A stretch of 64,000 bases of DNA. It comes from Candidatus Iainarchaeum sp. GTDB lineage: Archaea; Iainarchaeota; Iainarchaeia; Iainarchaeales; JAFCCW01. The translations under genes and the position numbers were made by a program. Under the pieces are notes generated by a model, which was not told where the DNA came from, did no database searches, and saw only the letters and a program-made list of their open reading frames with translations. The stretch is taken from the NCBI GenBank assembly GCA_017609985.1, contig JAFCCW010000001.1, positions 96,001 to 160,000 of the forward strand, written 5' to 3'. Positions 17,839 through 27,756 of this stretch are shown one piece after another. Position 1 is the first letter of the stretch. Each line of letters begins with the position of its first letter.

Positions 17839-18717
17839 ATGAATAAAAAAATTGCAGTAGTCGGCGCAGGTCCAGCTGGTCTTCACATGGCTTTCCTGCT
17901 TTCAAACAATGGCTATTTAGCGGAGGTTTTCGAACGAGAGGAGAAACCAGGCGGAATGCTTCAGTATGCTTTGCCAAGATTTAGGTTTCCGCGCGAGCCG
18001 ATTGAAAAAAAAGCAGCTGATTTGGAAAAACAGGGAGTAAAATTTCATTACTCGACTTCTGTTGGAAAAGATATTTCCCTTGAACAGCTTGACCGCCAGT
18101 TTGATGCAGTAATCCTTGCCTGTGGAGAATGGAAACCTCGCTTGCTGGGTTGCCCGGGGGAAAATTTGCCTGGCGCGGAGCAATGGCTTCCGTTTCTCAG
18201 AAAATTCAATTCCGGCAAGGCAGAAAGCCTTGAAGGAAAGAAAACAGTTGTAATTGGTGGGGGAGACACTGCAATGGACTGTGCAATTGCTGCCTCCAAA
18301 CTAGGTGCTGAAACAATCCTTGCCTACAGGCGAAGCAGGGAAGAAGCTCCGGCGCAAGAAAAAGAGATTCAAGCAGTGGAAAAAGCAGGTGTTGATTTCA
18401 AGTTCAGACTTGCCCCAAAAGAATTTATAGGAAAAAAAGGCGCTGAAAAAATAATTTTTGAAAAAACAACTGGCCTTGGGCGGGATTTGGTTGGAACAAG
18501 AGAGCTAGTTGAAGTGCCTGCTGATTTTGTTGTTGTTGCTGTGGGGCAAAAAATTGACGAAACAATTTTTGAAAATTCCAAATGGGATTCTTTGAGTGTG
18601 CTTCCGGAAAAATTCATCCTTGTGGGGGATATCGTCAATAAAAAGAAAAATATTGCTTCTGCGATTCAGTCTGCAAACCTTGCCTTTGAAAAAACAAAAC
18701 AAATTATAGACAATTGA
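17839..18717 (+). CDS. FAD/NAD(P)H oxidoreductase, GltD/NfnB-like, lacking the N-terminal Fe-S domain
   Basis: GAGPAG, GGMLQYALPRFR, VIGGGDTAMDC, YRRS..EAPA..EI. Confidence 0.85.
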   Translation: MNKKIAVVGAGPAGLHMAFLLSNNGYLAEVFEREEKPGGMLQYALPRFRFPREPIEKKAADLEKQGVKFHYSTSVGKDISLEQLDRQFDAVILACGEWKPRLLGCPGENLPGAEQWLPFLRKFNSGKAESLEGKKTVVIGGGDTAMDCAIAASKLGAETILAYRRSREEAPAQEKEIQAVEKAGVDFKFRLAPKEFIGKKGAEKIIFEKTTGLGRDLVGTRELVEVPADFVVVAVGQKIDETIFENSKWDSLSVLPEKFILVGDIVNKKKNIASAIQSANLAFEKTKQIIDN

Positions 18718-18776
18718 CGTATTTTGCAATGACAAACAGCGAAAGCTTTTTATATTCTTGATATCTTAATTGTAGC

Positions 18777-19964
18777 GTGTTTCAAATGACTAATGCCTTT
18801 GAAAAATTTTACAAAAAAAGCATTTCTGGAAGGCGAGCAGTGATTAAAAAATCAGCAAATCTTTCCCCTTCCGAACTAAAGCTTTTTGAAAATGCGCTTG
18901 GTTCACAGAACGCAGACCAGATAATCGAAAACGTTGTCGGCACATATGAGCTTCCTCTTGGCATAGCAACAAACTTTGTTGTCAACGGAAGACAGGTTGT
19001 TGTTCCAATGGCTGTTGAAGAACCAAGTGTTGTGGCTGCTGCTTCAAATGCAGCAAAACTCTGCAAGGCAACAGGCGGTTTTAAAACAAAAGCAAGCAAG
19101 CCGGAAATGATTGGGCAGATACAGCTTGTCAAAGTTAAAAATCCTGCTTCTGCTTTAAAAAAAATCATCAAGGAAAAAAAGAATCTTGTCAAAATTGCCA
19201 ATTCTCGCGACCCATTGCTGGTTAAATATGGGGGCGGAGCAAGAGATATTGAAGCAAAAACAATTTTTGCGGGCAGAAAAAAAATGGTTATTATTTATCT
19301 AACAGTTGACGTGCGGGATGCAATGGGTGCAAACGCAGTTAACACAATGTGCGAAGCAATTGCGCCGGAGCTGGAAAGAATGTCTGGGGGGATAGCGCGC
19401 CTTAGAATAATTTCCAATTTAGCAGTTAAGCGAACAGCAAAAGCAAAAGCTGTCTGGAAGAAAAAAGATTTAGAGAAAAGTGCTAAAGGCACTGGAATGA
19501 CTGGGCAAGAAATTGTTGACGCAATAATTGAATCTTACGAACTCGCAGAAAATGATATTTACAGATGCGCAACCCACAACAAAGGAATAATGAACGGAGT
19601 TGATGCTATTGCAGTTGCATGTGGACAGGACTGGAGAGCAATCGAAGCCGGAGCCCATGCTTTTGCTGCAAAAACAGGGCAATACAAATCCCTTACAAAA
19701 TACTCCAAAGACAAGCAGGGAAATCTTGTTGGAGAAATAGAAATTCCAGTTGCAGTCGGAATTGTTGGGGGCGCAATAAAAGCACAGCCTCTTGCCCAAC
19801 TCTGTGTTAAGCTTACTGGGGTAAAGACTGCTCAAGAGCTTGGGGAAATAATTGCTGCAGTTGGCCTAGCACAAAATTTTGCTGCACTGCGCGCACTTTC
19901 AACAGAGGGAATTCAACGAGGGCACATGAGACTGCATGCAAGAATGCAGGGTGAGAAAAAATGA
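18777..19964 (+). CDS. mvaA: HMG-CoA reductase, class II
   Basis: ENVVG, EEPSVVAAAS, DAMGAN, THNKGIMNG, EGIQRGHMRLH. Confidence 0.95.
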   Translation: MFQMTNAFEKFYKKSISGRRAVIKKSANLSPSELKLFENALGSQNADQIIENVVGTYELPLGIATNFVVNGRQVVVPMAVEEPSVVAAASNAAKLCKATGGFKTKASKPEMIGQIQLVKVKNPASALKKIIKEKKNLVKIANSRDPLLVKYGGGARDIEAKTIFAGRKKMVIIYLTVDVRDAMGANAVNTMCEAIAPELERMSGGIARLRIISNLAVKRTAKAKAVWKKKDLEKSAKGTGMTGQEIVDAIIESYELAENDIYRCATHNKGIMNGVDAIAVACGQDWRAIEAGAHAFAAKTGQYKSLTKYSKDKQGNLVGEIEIPVAVGIVGGAIKAQPLAQLCVKLTGVKTAQELGEIIAAVGLAQNFAALRALSTEGIQRGHMRLHARMQGEKK

Positions 19965-21007
19965 AAGCAGGAATAGTTGGCTATGGCGCAGAAGTGCCTA
20001 TTCTAAGAATTAAAACAGAGGAAATTGCAAGAGCCTGGAAAAAAGACGGCGTGAAAATCGCAACAGGTCTTGGAGTAAAAGAAAAAGCTGTCGCAAGCTT
20101 TGATGAAGACTCCTGCACTCTCGCAGTCGGAGCAGCAAGAAAAGCAGTTCTTGACTTTGGATTGAATGCACAAAAAATTGGAGCAGTTTACGTTGGCAGT
20201 GAATCACACCCCTATGCTGTGAAACCAACAGCATCAATTGTCTCTGACGCAATTGAAGCTGGTCCAGAACTAATGGCTGCTGATTTGGAATTTGCCTGCA
20301 AGGCTGGCACAGCAGGAGTTCAAATGAATCTTGGGTTTGTAGAAGCAAGAATGATTGAATATGGTTTAGCAATCGGAACAGACACAGCACAGGGAAGACC
20401 AAATGATGCTCTTGAATTCACTGCCGGAAGCGGAGCTGGAGCAATAATTGTTGGAGACAAACGAAACGAAATAATCGCAACCTGCGAAGATACTTATTCA
20501 TTCACAACAGACACTCCTGACTTTTGGAGAAGACCAAAAGAAGACTTTCCAATGCACGCGGGAAGATTTACTGGAGAACCAGCTTACTTCAAGCACGTGC
20601 TGAGTGCTTCAAGAGGAATTCTGGAAAAAACAAGTTACAAAACAAAAGACTTTGACCACGTAGTCTTTCATCAGCCAAATGCAAAATTTCCTCTGAAAGC
20701 AGGCAAGATACTTGGATTTGAACGAGAAAAATTTGAAGCAGGACTAATGTGCCCAACAATAGGAAATACTTATTCAGGCGCAACAATGGTTGGGTTGTGT
20801 GCAGTTCTTGACGTTGCAAAGCCAGGAGAGAGAATACTTGCAGTGTCTTACGGCAGCGGAGCAGGAAGCGATGCATTCATTTTTAAGACAACAAAAAACA
20901 TTGAAAAGAAAAGAGGAAAAATAGCAGTAAAGGAAATGATTAAAGAAAAGCAATACATTGATTATGCAGAATACATAAAACACAGGAAAAAGCTGAAGAG
21001 TTTGTAG
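19961..21007 (+). CDS. mvaS: HMG-CoA synthase, archaeal type
   Basis: GSESHPYAVKP, EFACKAGT, DTPDFWRR, HQPN, GNTYSG, SYGSGAGSD. Confidence 0.96.
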   Translation: MKAGIVGYGAEVPILRIKTEEIARAWKKDGVKIATGLGVKEKAVASFDEDSCTLAVGAARKAVLDFGLNAQKIGAVYVGSESHPYAVKPTASIVSDAIEAGPELMAADLEFACKAGTAGVQMNLGFVEARMIEYGLAIGTDTAQGRPNDALEFTAGSGAGAIIVGDKRNEIIATCEDTYSFTTDTPDFWRRPKEDFPMHAGRFTGEPAYFKHVLSASRGILEKTSYKTKDFDHVVFHQPNAKFPLKAGKILGFEREKFEAGLMCPTIGNTYSGATMVGLCAVLDVAKPGERILAVSYGSGAGSDAFIFKTTKNIEKKRGKIAVKEMIKEKQYIDYAEYIKHRKKLKSL

Positions 21008-21015
21008 GTGAAAAA

Positions 21016-22182
21016 ATGAGAAGTGTTAGCATTATCGGAGCCGGGCTGACAACATTCGGCGAGCACTGGGAAAAGAGCTTCAGGGAACTCATAGCAGAAG
21101 CAGGGATACAGGCAATCCAGGATGCTGGGGTTTCAGGCGGTCAGATAGAGGCAATTTATGGCGGGGCAATGGCTTCCGGAAGGTTTATTGGTCAGGAGCA
21201 CATCGGGGCACTGATAGCAGACCAGCTTGGGCTAAATCCGATTCCCTCAGTTCGTCTTGAAGCAGCCTGTGCTTCTGGAGGCGTGGCTTTGAGAAATGCT
21301 TATCTGGCAGTTGCAAGCGGAATGTACGACATTGTTGCAGTCGGCGGAGTAGAAAAAATGACAGAGGTTTCCACTGAAGACGCTGGATTTGCTCTTGGCG
21401 GAGCCGGCGACCAGGAAACAGAGTTGTTCATGGGAGCAACCTTTCCAGCATTATACGCTTTGCTGGCACGCGCACACATGGAAGAATTTGGAACAACAGA
21501 AGAACAAATGGCGGCAGTAGCTGTAAAAAATCACAAGAACGCAGTGAACAATCCATTTGCCCAGTACAGGCGAGAAATAACAATCGAAGACGTAATGAAA
21601 TCAGGATATGTTGCTTCTCCACTCAAACTTCTAGACTGCTCTCCAATAACTGACGGAGCAGCAGCAGTAATTATTGCCTCGAGCGATGTAGCAAAAAAAG
21701 TCTGTGAGAACCCGGTGGAAATACTGGCTTCAGAGCAAGCATCAGATTCACTTGCTCTATCAAAAAGAAAATCTTTAACCGAGCTTGACGCAACCAAAGT
21801 AGCAGTAAAACAAGCCTATGAAAGAACAGGGCTGAAAGCAAAAGACATTGACTTTGCAGAAGTTCACGATTGCTTTACAATTAACGAAATTCTTGCAACC
21901 GAAGACCTTGGTTTTTTCAAGAAGGGGGAAGGAGGCAAGGCAGTAGAAAAAGGAAAAACTGCTTTAGGTGGAGAAATTCCAGTAAACACTTCTGGGGGTC
22001 TGAAAGCAAAAGGCCACCCAGTCGGAGCAACCGGGGTTGCCCAGGCAATTGAAGCCTACTGGCAGCTTCGCGGAGCAGCAGACAAGAGGCAGGTAAAAGA
22101 TGCAGAATACGGATTAACCCACAATGTTGGCGGAAGCGGAGCCACAGCAGTAGTAAACATTTACAGGAGGCTGGAAAAATGA
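21016..22182 (+). CDS. Acetoacetyl-CoA thiolase (archaeal)
   Basis: EAACASGG, GGVEKMT, EVHDCFT, GLKAKGHPVGATG, HNVGG. Confidence 0.95.
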   Translation: MRSVSIIGAGLTTFGEHWEKSFRELIAEAGIQAIQDAGVSGGQIEAIYGGAMASGRFIGQEHIGALIADQLGLNPIPSVRLEAACASGGVALRNAYLAVASGMYDIVAVGGVEKMTEVSTEDAGFALGGAGDQETELFMGATFPALYALLARAHMEEFGTTEEQMAAVAVKNHKNAVNNPFAQYRREITIEDVMKSGYVASPLKLLDCSPITDGAAAVIIASSDVAKKVCENPVEILASEQASDSLALSKRKSLTELDATKVAVKQAYERTGLKAKDIDFAEVHDCFTINEILATEDLGFFKKGEGGKAVEKGKTALGGEIPVNTSGGLKAKGHPVGATGVAQAIEAYWQLRGAADKRQVKDAEYGLTHNVGGSGATAVVNIYRRLEK

Positions 22183-22583
22183 CTACTGGTTTTCCTCCAT
22201 TGCTCTGGAGAAGGTTTCCGGAAAGATACACTCTTGCAGGAAACAAGTGCGAAACCTGCGGAACATCATACTTTCCAGCACGCAAAGTCTGTCCAAACTG
22301 CAGGAGACGAGGAAAACTTGTTGACGAGTCAATGCCGCGCAAGGGAAAAATAGTTTCATGGACACAATGCTTTGTTGGGCCAACAGGATTTGAACACGAA
22401 ACACCATACTTTGTTGCAATCATTGAACTCGAAAACAAGGTAAGACTTCTAGCCCAGCTTGTTGACAGCGATGAAAAGAAAGTTAAAACAGGAGCCTGCG
22501 TGGAAAAAGTCTTCAGAAAAATAAACGACGCAGACAAATCCGGGCCAATAGCCTACGGCTACAAGTTTAAAATAGTTGGATGA
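22179..22583 (+). CDS. DUF35 Zn-ribbon/OB-fold scaffold of the thiolase-HMGS complex
   Basis: CETCG..FPARKVCPNC, YGYKF; coupled to the thiolase. Confidence 0.93.
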   Translation: MTTGFPPLLWRRFPERYTLAGNKCETCGTSYFPARKVCPNCRRRGKLVDESMPRKGKIVSWTQCFVGPTGFEHETPYFVAIIELENKVRLLAQLVDSDEKKVKTGACVEKVFRKINDADKSGPIAYGYKFKIVG

Positions 22584-22606
22584 ACCCAATCTATTAAGGT
22601 GGTTTA

Positions 22607-23539
22607 ATGGGAGAAGGCATTGGATTTGGCAAGACAATTCTTTTCGGAGACCATTTTGTAGTGTATGGATTGCCGGGCATAGCAGCGGGTTTGAATAATT
22701 CAACCACTGCAAAGATTGAACCATCTGACAAATTCGAGTTTGAGGACAACCGTCCTCAGACACCAGGCTACAAGGAAAAGAAGAAATCCGAGATTCAGAG
22801 ACAGCTGGATTCGCTTATTGAACAGTTTGACTTAAACATTGAAAAAACTCCTTTGAAGATAACTCTCTCCGGAAACCTTGTCTGTGCCTCAGGAATGGGA
22901 GCAAGCGCTGCTCTTGCGGCAAGCATTGCGCGTGCCCTCAGCAAAGAGTTTGGAAAAGAGCTGGATGATGAGCAGATAAACAAGATAGCTTATCTTGCAG
23001 AAGAAGCTGGGAGCGGAACTCCGTCCGGTATTGACAACACTTGTGCAGTGTATGGGGGATTTATTACTTTTGAGAAAAATCTTGAAGGTGGAGAAAACAA
23101 AATAGAGACTTTGCAGGTTGAAAATCCTGTTGAAATAGTTCTGGCAAATTCAGGCATAACACAGGAAACAAAAAAAGTAGTTGACGATGTCAGAAAAGAA
23201 AAAGAAATCCGTTCAAAAGAGTTTGAAGAAATATTTGAAAAATATATGGAAACTTACAAACAAGCATTGCCTGCAATCAGGGAAGGGAACTGGTCTGCGT
23301 TAGGAAAGCTGATGTCCAGAAACCACTCTTTCTTGCAAAAAATGACTGTTTCCTGCAAAGAACTTGACGAAATGCAGGCAACAGCTCTTGAAGCAGGTGC
23401 TTTTGGCGCAAAACTCACTGGAACCGGAAGAGGGGGGCTGCTTCTTGCACTAACCCCTGGCAAGGAATTGCAGGAAAAAGTTGCAAAAGCTCTTGAAGAC
23501 CAAGGCTTCTCTTGCCTGCGCTCAAAGATAGGTGTGTAA
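22607..23539 (+). CDS. mvk: Mevalonate kinase
   Basis: GKTILFGDHFVVYG, GMGASAA, PSGIDN, AKLTGTGRGG. Confidence 0.93.
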   Translation: MGEGIGFGKTILFGDHFVVYGLPGIAAGLNNSTTAKIEPSDKFEFEDNRPQTPGYKEKKKSEIQRQLDSLIEQFDLNIEKTPLKITLSGNLVCASGMGASAALAASIARALSKEFGKELDDEQINKIAYLAEEAGSGTPSGIDNTCAVYGGFITFEKNLEGGENKIETLQVENPVEIVLANSGITQETKKVVDDVRKEKEIRSKEFEEIFEKYMETYKQALPAIREGNWSALGKLMSRNHSFLQKMTVSCKELDEMQATALEAGAFGAKLTGTGRGGLLLALTPGKELQEKVAKALEDQGFSCLRSKIGV

Positions 23540-24091
23540 ATGAAGCTCGTAGTTGCAATAACCGGCGCAAGCGGAGTAAGCTATTCTGTTTCCCTGCTCA
23601 AAGCATTGAAAAAAGCAGGAGTGGAGACACACTTGATTGTCTCCGAGTGGGCTGAAAAGCTGTTTGAAGAAGAAACAGATATTTCAGTTGCGGAAGTGAA
23701 AGCTCTTGCTTCGAAAACATATGGCTATAGGGAAATGGATGCAGCGATTTCCTCATCCAGCTTTTTAGTGGACGGAATGATTGTGATTCCAGCAAGCGTG
23801 AAAACTGTTTCAGACATTGCAAATGCAAGCACTGGCAATCTGATTTCACGCTCAGCAGACAACATGCTGAAAACAGGAAAAAAGCTCGTGGTTTGCGTGA
23901 GAGAAACTCCGCTGAGCGCTCCGTGCCTCAAGAATATGCACAATCTTGCGCTCTATGGGGCGATTGTAATGCCTTTGTCTCCCGGCTTCTATCACAAGCC
24001 AAAAACTATTAAGGATTTAGAAGCTTTTATTACTGGGAAAGTGCTGGATGCATTTGAAATAAAGAATGAAAACTTCAAGAGGTGGGGTTAA
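23540..24091 (+). CDS. ubiX: Flavin prenyltransferase UbiX
   Basis: AITGASG, LISRSAD, RETPL, PGFYHKP. Confidence 0.93.
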   Translation: MKLVVAITGASGVSYSVSLLKALKKAGVETHLIVSEWAEKLFEEETDISVAEVKALASKTYGYREMDAAISSSSFLVDGMIVIPASVKTVSDIANASTGNLISRSADNMLKTGKKLVVCVRETPLSAPCLKNMHNLALYGAIVMPLSPGFYHKPKTIKDLEAFITGKVLDAFEIKNENFKRWG

Positions 24092-25392
24092 TGGGATTTA
24101 GAGAATTTCTGGAAAAAATAGACAAAGAAACTGTTTCAAAGCCTGTTTCAAAAAAGCTAGAGGCAAGCGCAATCCTTGACCAGTTAGGAGAAAAAGCTGT
24201 ACTTTTTGAAGACATTAAGGAAAGCGATTTCAGGGTTGGCGGAAACCTGTTCACAAGCAAGCAGAGAACAGCAGACTATCTTGGCTGCAAGGTAAGCGAG
24301 CTAATTCCCACTCTCACAAATGCAATTGACAACCCCTCAAAGCCGGAAGAGGTTTCAGGGGGAGAATGCCAGGAAGTCGAGCTGGATTCAGTTGACTTGG
24401 ACAAGCTTCCGATTCTCTTTCACACAGAGGCAGACGGGGGAAACTATGTTTCTTCAGGAGTTGTTGTTTCCTCTTCCCCCGCGCACGGGCAAAACCTTGA
24501 CTTTCACAGGTGCATGCAGATTTCCAAAAACAAGTTTTCAGTCCGAATCGTAAGCACTAGAAACTTTGATGAATTCCTGCAAAAGCAGGGGGAAATGCCT
24601 ATTGCTGTTTGTGTCGGCAACGGAGCAAATACATTGATTGCAGCAGCTATCTCTGTTGAGATTGGAAAGAACGAGGAAGAGATTGCAAACACGCTCTCAC
24701 CCCTGCAGGTTACAAAGGCAAAAACCTCTGACCTGCTTGTTCCAGCTGATTCAGAATTCGTGCTGGAGGGGATAATCCGGCTTGCAGACAAGTCAGACGA
24801 GGGGCCGTTTGTTGACTTAACCGAGACAGTTGATGTAGTAAGGCAGGAACCGGTTTTTGAAGTCAAGAAAATAACGCACCGCAAGGACGCAATCTGGCAG
24901 GCACTGCTTCCAGGCAAGCTCGAGCACAAGCTCTTGATGGGAATGCCGCGCGAGCCCACGATGTTCAGGGAAGTGAATTCTGCTGGAGTCAAGTGCCTTG
25001 ATGTGAACGTGAATCCCGGGGGCTGTTCTTGGCTGCATGGGCTTGTGAAAATTGACAAGCAAAGCGAGGAAGACGGGAAAAAGGCAATTGAAGGAGCTTT
25101 CAAGGGGCACAAGTCATGCAAGCACATTTTCGTGGTTGACAAAGACATTGACATCTACAATCCATTGGAAGTAGAGTGGGCAATGGCTACCCGTTTCCAG
25201 GCATCAGACGACTTTGTAATGAAGGAAAAAGAGCCAGGCAGTTCCCTTGATCCAAGTGCGGAGTCAAAAACAAAGATGACAAGCAAATGCGGCTTTGATT
25301 GCACTGCCAAGCTTGAAGCAAAGGGAAAGAATTTTGGAAAAGCTGTTTTTCCAAAAGTTGAGTTGGAGAAGTTTTTGGGGGGAGAGCAATGA
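24091..25392 (+). CDS. ubiD: UbiD-family prFMN decarboxylase (anhydromevalonate phosphate decarboxylase by context)
   Basis: EFVLEG, EGPFVDLT, GGCSWLH, VVDKDIDI..VEWAMATRFQ, SSLDPS. Confidence 0.92.
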   Translation: MGFREFLEKIDKETVSKPVSKKLEASAILDQLGEKAVLFEDIKESDFRVGGNLFTSKQRTADYLGCKVSELIPTLTNAIDNPSKPEEVSGGECQEVELDSVDLDKLPILFHTEADGGNYVSSGVVVSSSPAHGQNLDFHRCMQISKNKFSVRIVSTRNFDEFLQKQGEMPIAVCVGNGANTLIAAAISVEIGKNEEEIANTLSPLQVTKAKTSDLLVPADSEFVLEGIIRLADKSDEGPFVDLTETVDVVRQEPVFEVKKITHRKDAIWQALLPGKLEHKLLMGMPREPTMFREVNSAGVKCLDVNVNPGGCSWLHGLVKIDKQSEEDGKKAIEGAFKGHKSCKHIFVVDKDIDIYNPLEVEWAMATRFQASDDFVMKEKEPGSSLDPSAESKTKMTSKCGFDCTAKLEAKGKNFGKAVFPKVELEKFLGGEQ

Positions 25393-26561
25393 AACTGTCA
25401 AAAGAAGAGCAGGAAATGATTGAAGGAAAGCAGGGAAATGCAGTAAAGAAGAGCATGGAAATTTTAACTGCTCTTGGAGAAATTTTCGGAGCAGAAGAAC
25501 TTGTGGATGTAAGCAGTGTCCAGATTGCCGGCGTCAGCTACCACAATCTTGGAGAAGCTGGATTGGAGTTTCTTGAAGAAATGGCAAAGGACGGCAAGAC
25601 CAAAGTTCTTACAACACTAAACCCTGCAGGAATGGACTTGGAGAACTGGAAGGCTCTTGGAATTTCTCCAGAGTTTGCAAAACAGCAAGAACTTGTAATA
25701 GAAGCATTTGCAAAGATGGGGGTAATCACTACCTGCACTTGCACCCCATATTTCATTGGAAACACGCCACATTATGGAGAACATATTGCTTGGGCTGAGT
25801 CAAGCGCGGTATGCTATGCAAACTCTGTTCTTGGATTGAAAACAAACAGGGAAGGAGGGCCAAGCGCTCTTGCTTCCGCTCTCACAGGAAAGACTCCAAA
25901 GTTCGGCTTGCATCTTGAAGAAAACAGACAGGCAAAGGTTTTAGTTGAATTAAATGCAGAGCTGAAGAGCGTGCCGGACTTTGGCGCACTGGGCTGGGCA
26001 GTTGGAAACAAAATCGGAAACAAGATTCCCCTGATTACTGGTGTGAAAAAAGCAAGCATTGAAGAACTCAAGAGCCTGTGCGCTAGCATTGCAACCTATG
26101 GCGGAACAGCAATGTTTCACATGGAGGGAATTACTCCAAGCAAGACAACTGTTCCGGAAGAAAAGCTTGAGATTGAAGAAGCAGACCTTGAAGAGGCAAG
26201 AAAAACACTCAACGACGAGATTGAAATTGATTTAATTGCAATCGGCTGCCCGCACTGTTCTCTTGGAGAAATCCAGAAAATTGCCTCTCTTCTTGAAGGA
26301 AAAAAAGTCAAAAAAGAAATGTGGATTTGTTTAGCAAGGCCAATCAAAAAGATTGCAGACCAGATGGGCTATTCAAAGACAATAGAGGGCTCGGGAGCAA
26401 AGTTTGCCTGCGACACCTGCATGGCTGTTGCTCCTTTGAAGGGAAGATTCAAGGGGCTGGCGACTGATTCAGCAAAAGCCTGTTTTTACGGCAGGGGAAA
26501 GAATTCTTTCAAAACCAAATTTATGCCATTGGAAGAGCTTGTAAAGGAGGCGACAGAATGA
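25389..26561 (+). CDS. Aconitase X catalytic subunit (phosphomevalonate dehydratase large subunit)
   Basis: TTLNPAG, TCTCTPY, WAESSA, TNREGG, GCPH, DTC, TDSAK. Confidence 0.93.
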   Translation: MKLSKEEQEMIEGKQGNAVKKSMEILTALGEIFGAEELVDVSSVQIAGVSYHNLGEAGLEFLEEMAKDGKTKVLTTLNPAGMDLENWKALGISPEFAKQQELVIEAFAKMGVITTCTCTPYFIGNTPHYGEHIAWAESSAVCYANSVLGLKTNREGGPSALASALTGKTPKFGLHLEENRQAKVLVELNAELKSVPDFGALGWAVGNKIGNKIPLITGVKKASIEELKSLCASIATYGGTAMFHMEGITPSKTTVPEEKLEIEEADLEEARKTLNDEIEIDLIAIGCPHCSLGEIQKIASLLEGKKVKKEMWICLARPIKKIADQMGYSKTIEGSGAKFACDTCMAVAPLKGRFKGLATDSAKACFYGRGKNSFKTKFMPLEELVKEATE

Positions 26562-26947
26562 TTCTCAAAGGTCAGAAAGTCAGCGCTGGAAAAGCAGAGG
26601 GAGAAGCACTTGTCTCCACAGAAGGAATTTCTTTCTACGGCGGAGTAGAGCCGGAGATAGGAAAAATTGTTGAACAGGGGCACCCTCTTGAAGGAAAATC
26701 TGTTTCAGGAAAAATCCTTGTCTTTCCAGAGGGCAAGGGAAGCACTGTCGGCTCTTATACTTTGTACCAGATGAAAAAGTTCGGCACTGCGCCTGCAGCA
26801 ATAGTCAACAAGCAGGCTGAAACAATTGTTGCAGTTGGAGCAATAATTTCAGAGATTCCAGCAGTCCACAAGATAGACATTGAAAGGATAGAGAATGGAA
26901 CAATGCTCAGAGTTGACGGAGACAAGGGAGAAGTTGAAATAAAATAG
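26558..26947 (+). CDS. Aconitase X swiveling subunit DUF126 (phosphomevalonate dehydratase small subunit)
   Basis: ISFYGGV, GKILVFP.GKGSTVGSY, VAVGAII. Confidence 0.93.
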   Translation: MILKGQKVSAGKAEGEALVSTEGISFYGGVEPEIGKIVEQGHPLEGKSVSGKILVFPEGKGSTVGSYTLYQMKKFGTAPAAIVNKQAETIVAVGAIISEIPAVHKIDIERIENGTMLRVDGDKGEVEIK

Positions 26948-26963
26948 ACAGGATAGTGATTGA

Positions 26964-27755
26964 ATGCTCTATATTTTAAAAATTGGCGGAAGCGTTTGTA
27001 CTGAAAAAGACGAGAACAATCTGCAGGCTAAAGAAGAAACCATCCAAAGAATCGCCCGCGAAATAAAACAGGCAATGGAAAATAAGAGATTTCAGTTAAT
27101 CCTTGTTCACGGAGCAGGTCCTTTTGGACACAAGCTTGTGACGGATTTTGAGATTGACAACGGACTGAAGAACGAAGAGGATTTCGCTAAATTCAAGAAA
27201 GTTCAGGAGTCAATGAAGCAGCTTAATGGCATTGTATTGAAAGAGTTTGAAAAAGAAGGAGTTGAACTGCATCCGCTTGTTCCACATGAAGTGATTAGGC
27301 AGGAGAACAAAAAGATAACAAGTTTTGATACACAAATTCTTGGACAATTTCTTTCCAATGGCAAGATTCCAACCCTCTATGGTGACATGGTTCCAGACTC
27401 AAAATTAAAGGGAAGCGTTGTTTCTGGAGACTCAATAATTGCGTGGCTTTCACGTGAACTAAAAGCAGACACTGTATTCCTTGGCACAGATGTCGACGGA
27501 ATCTATTCAGCTGACCCGAAGAAGGACAGCAATGCAAAGAGGTTTGACAGAATTAATGAAAGCAACTGGCTAGCGGTTGAGAAAGCACTGGATGAAGCAA
27601 GCACTGTTGATGTCACAGGCGGAATGAAGGGAAAAATCGAAAAAATGCGAGAAAAATTCAAAGGCGGAAAAGTAATTGTCTTTGACGCAAACAAAGAAGA
27701 AAGCGTTTTCAAAGCATTAACTGGGCAAAAAATAGGAACCTTGATTGAGTTTTAA
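26964..27755 (+). CDS. ipk: Isopentenyl phosphate kinase
   Basis: LKIGGS, HGAGPFGH, VSGD, TDVDG, DVTGGMKGK. Confidence 0.94.
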   Translation: MLYILKIGGSVCTEKDENNLQAKEETIQRIAREIKQAMENKRFQLILVHGAGPFGHKLVTDFEIDNGLKNEEDFAKFKKVQESMKQLNGIVLKEFEKEGVELHPLVPHEVIRQENKKITSFDTQILGQFLSNGKIPTLYGDMVPDSKLKGSVVSGDSIIAWLSRELKADTVFLGTDVDGIYSADPKKDSNAKRFDRINESNWLAVEKALDEASTVDVTGGMKGKIEKMREKFKGGKVIVFDANKEESVFKALTGQKIGTLIEF

Positions 27756-27756
27756 C

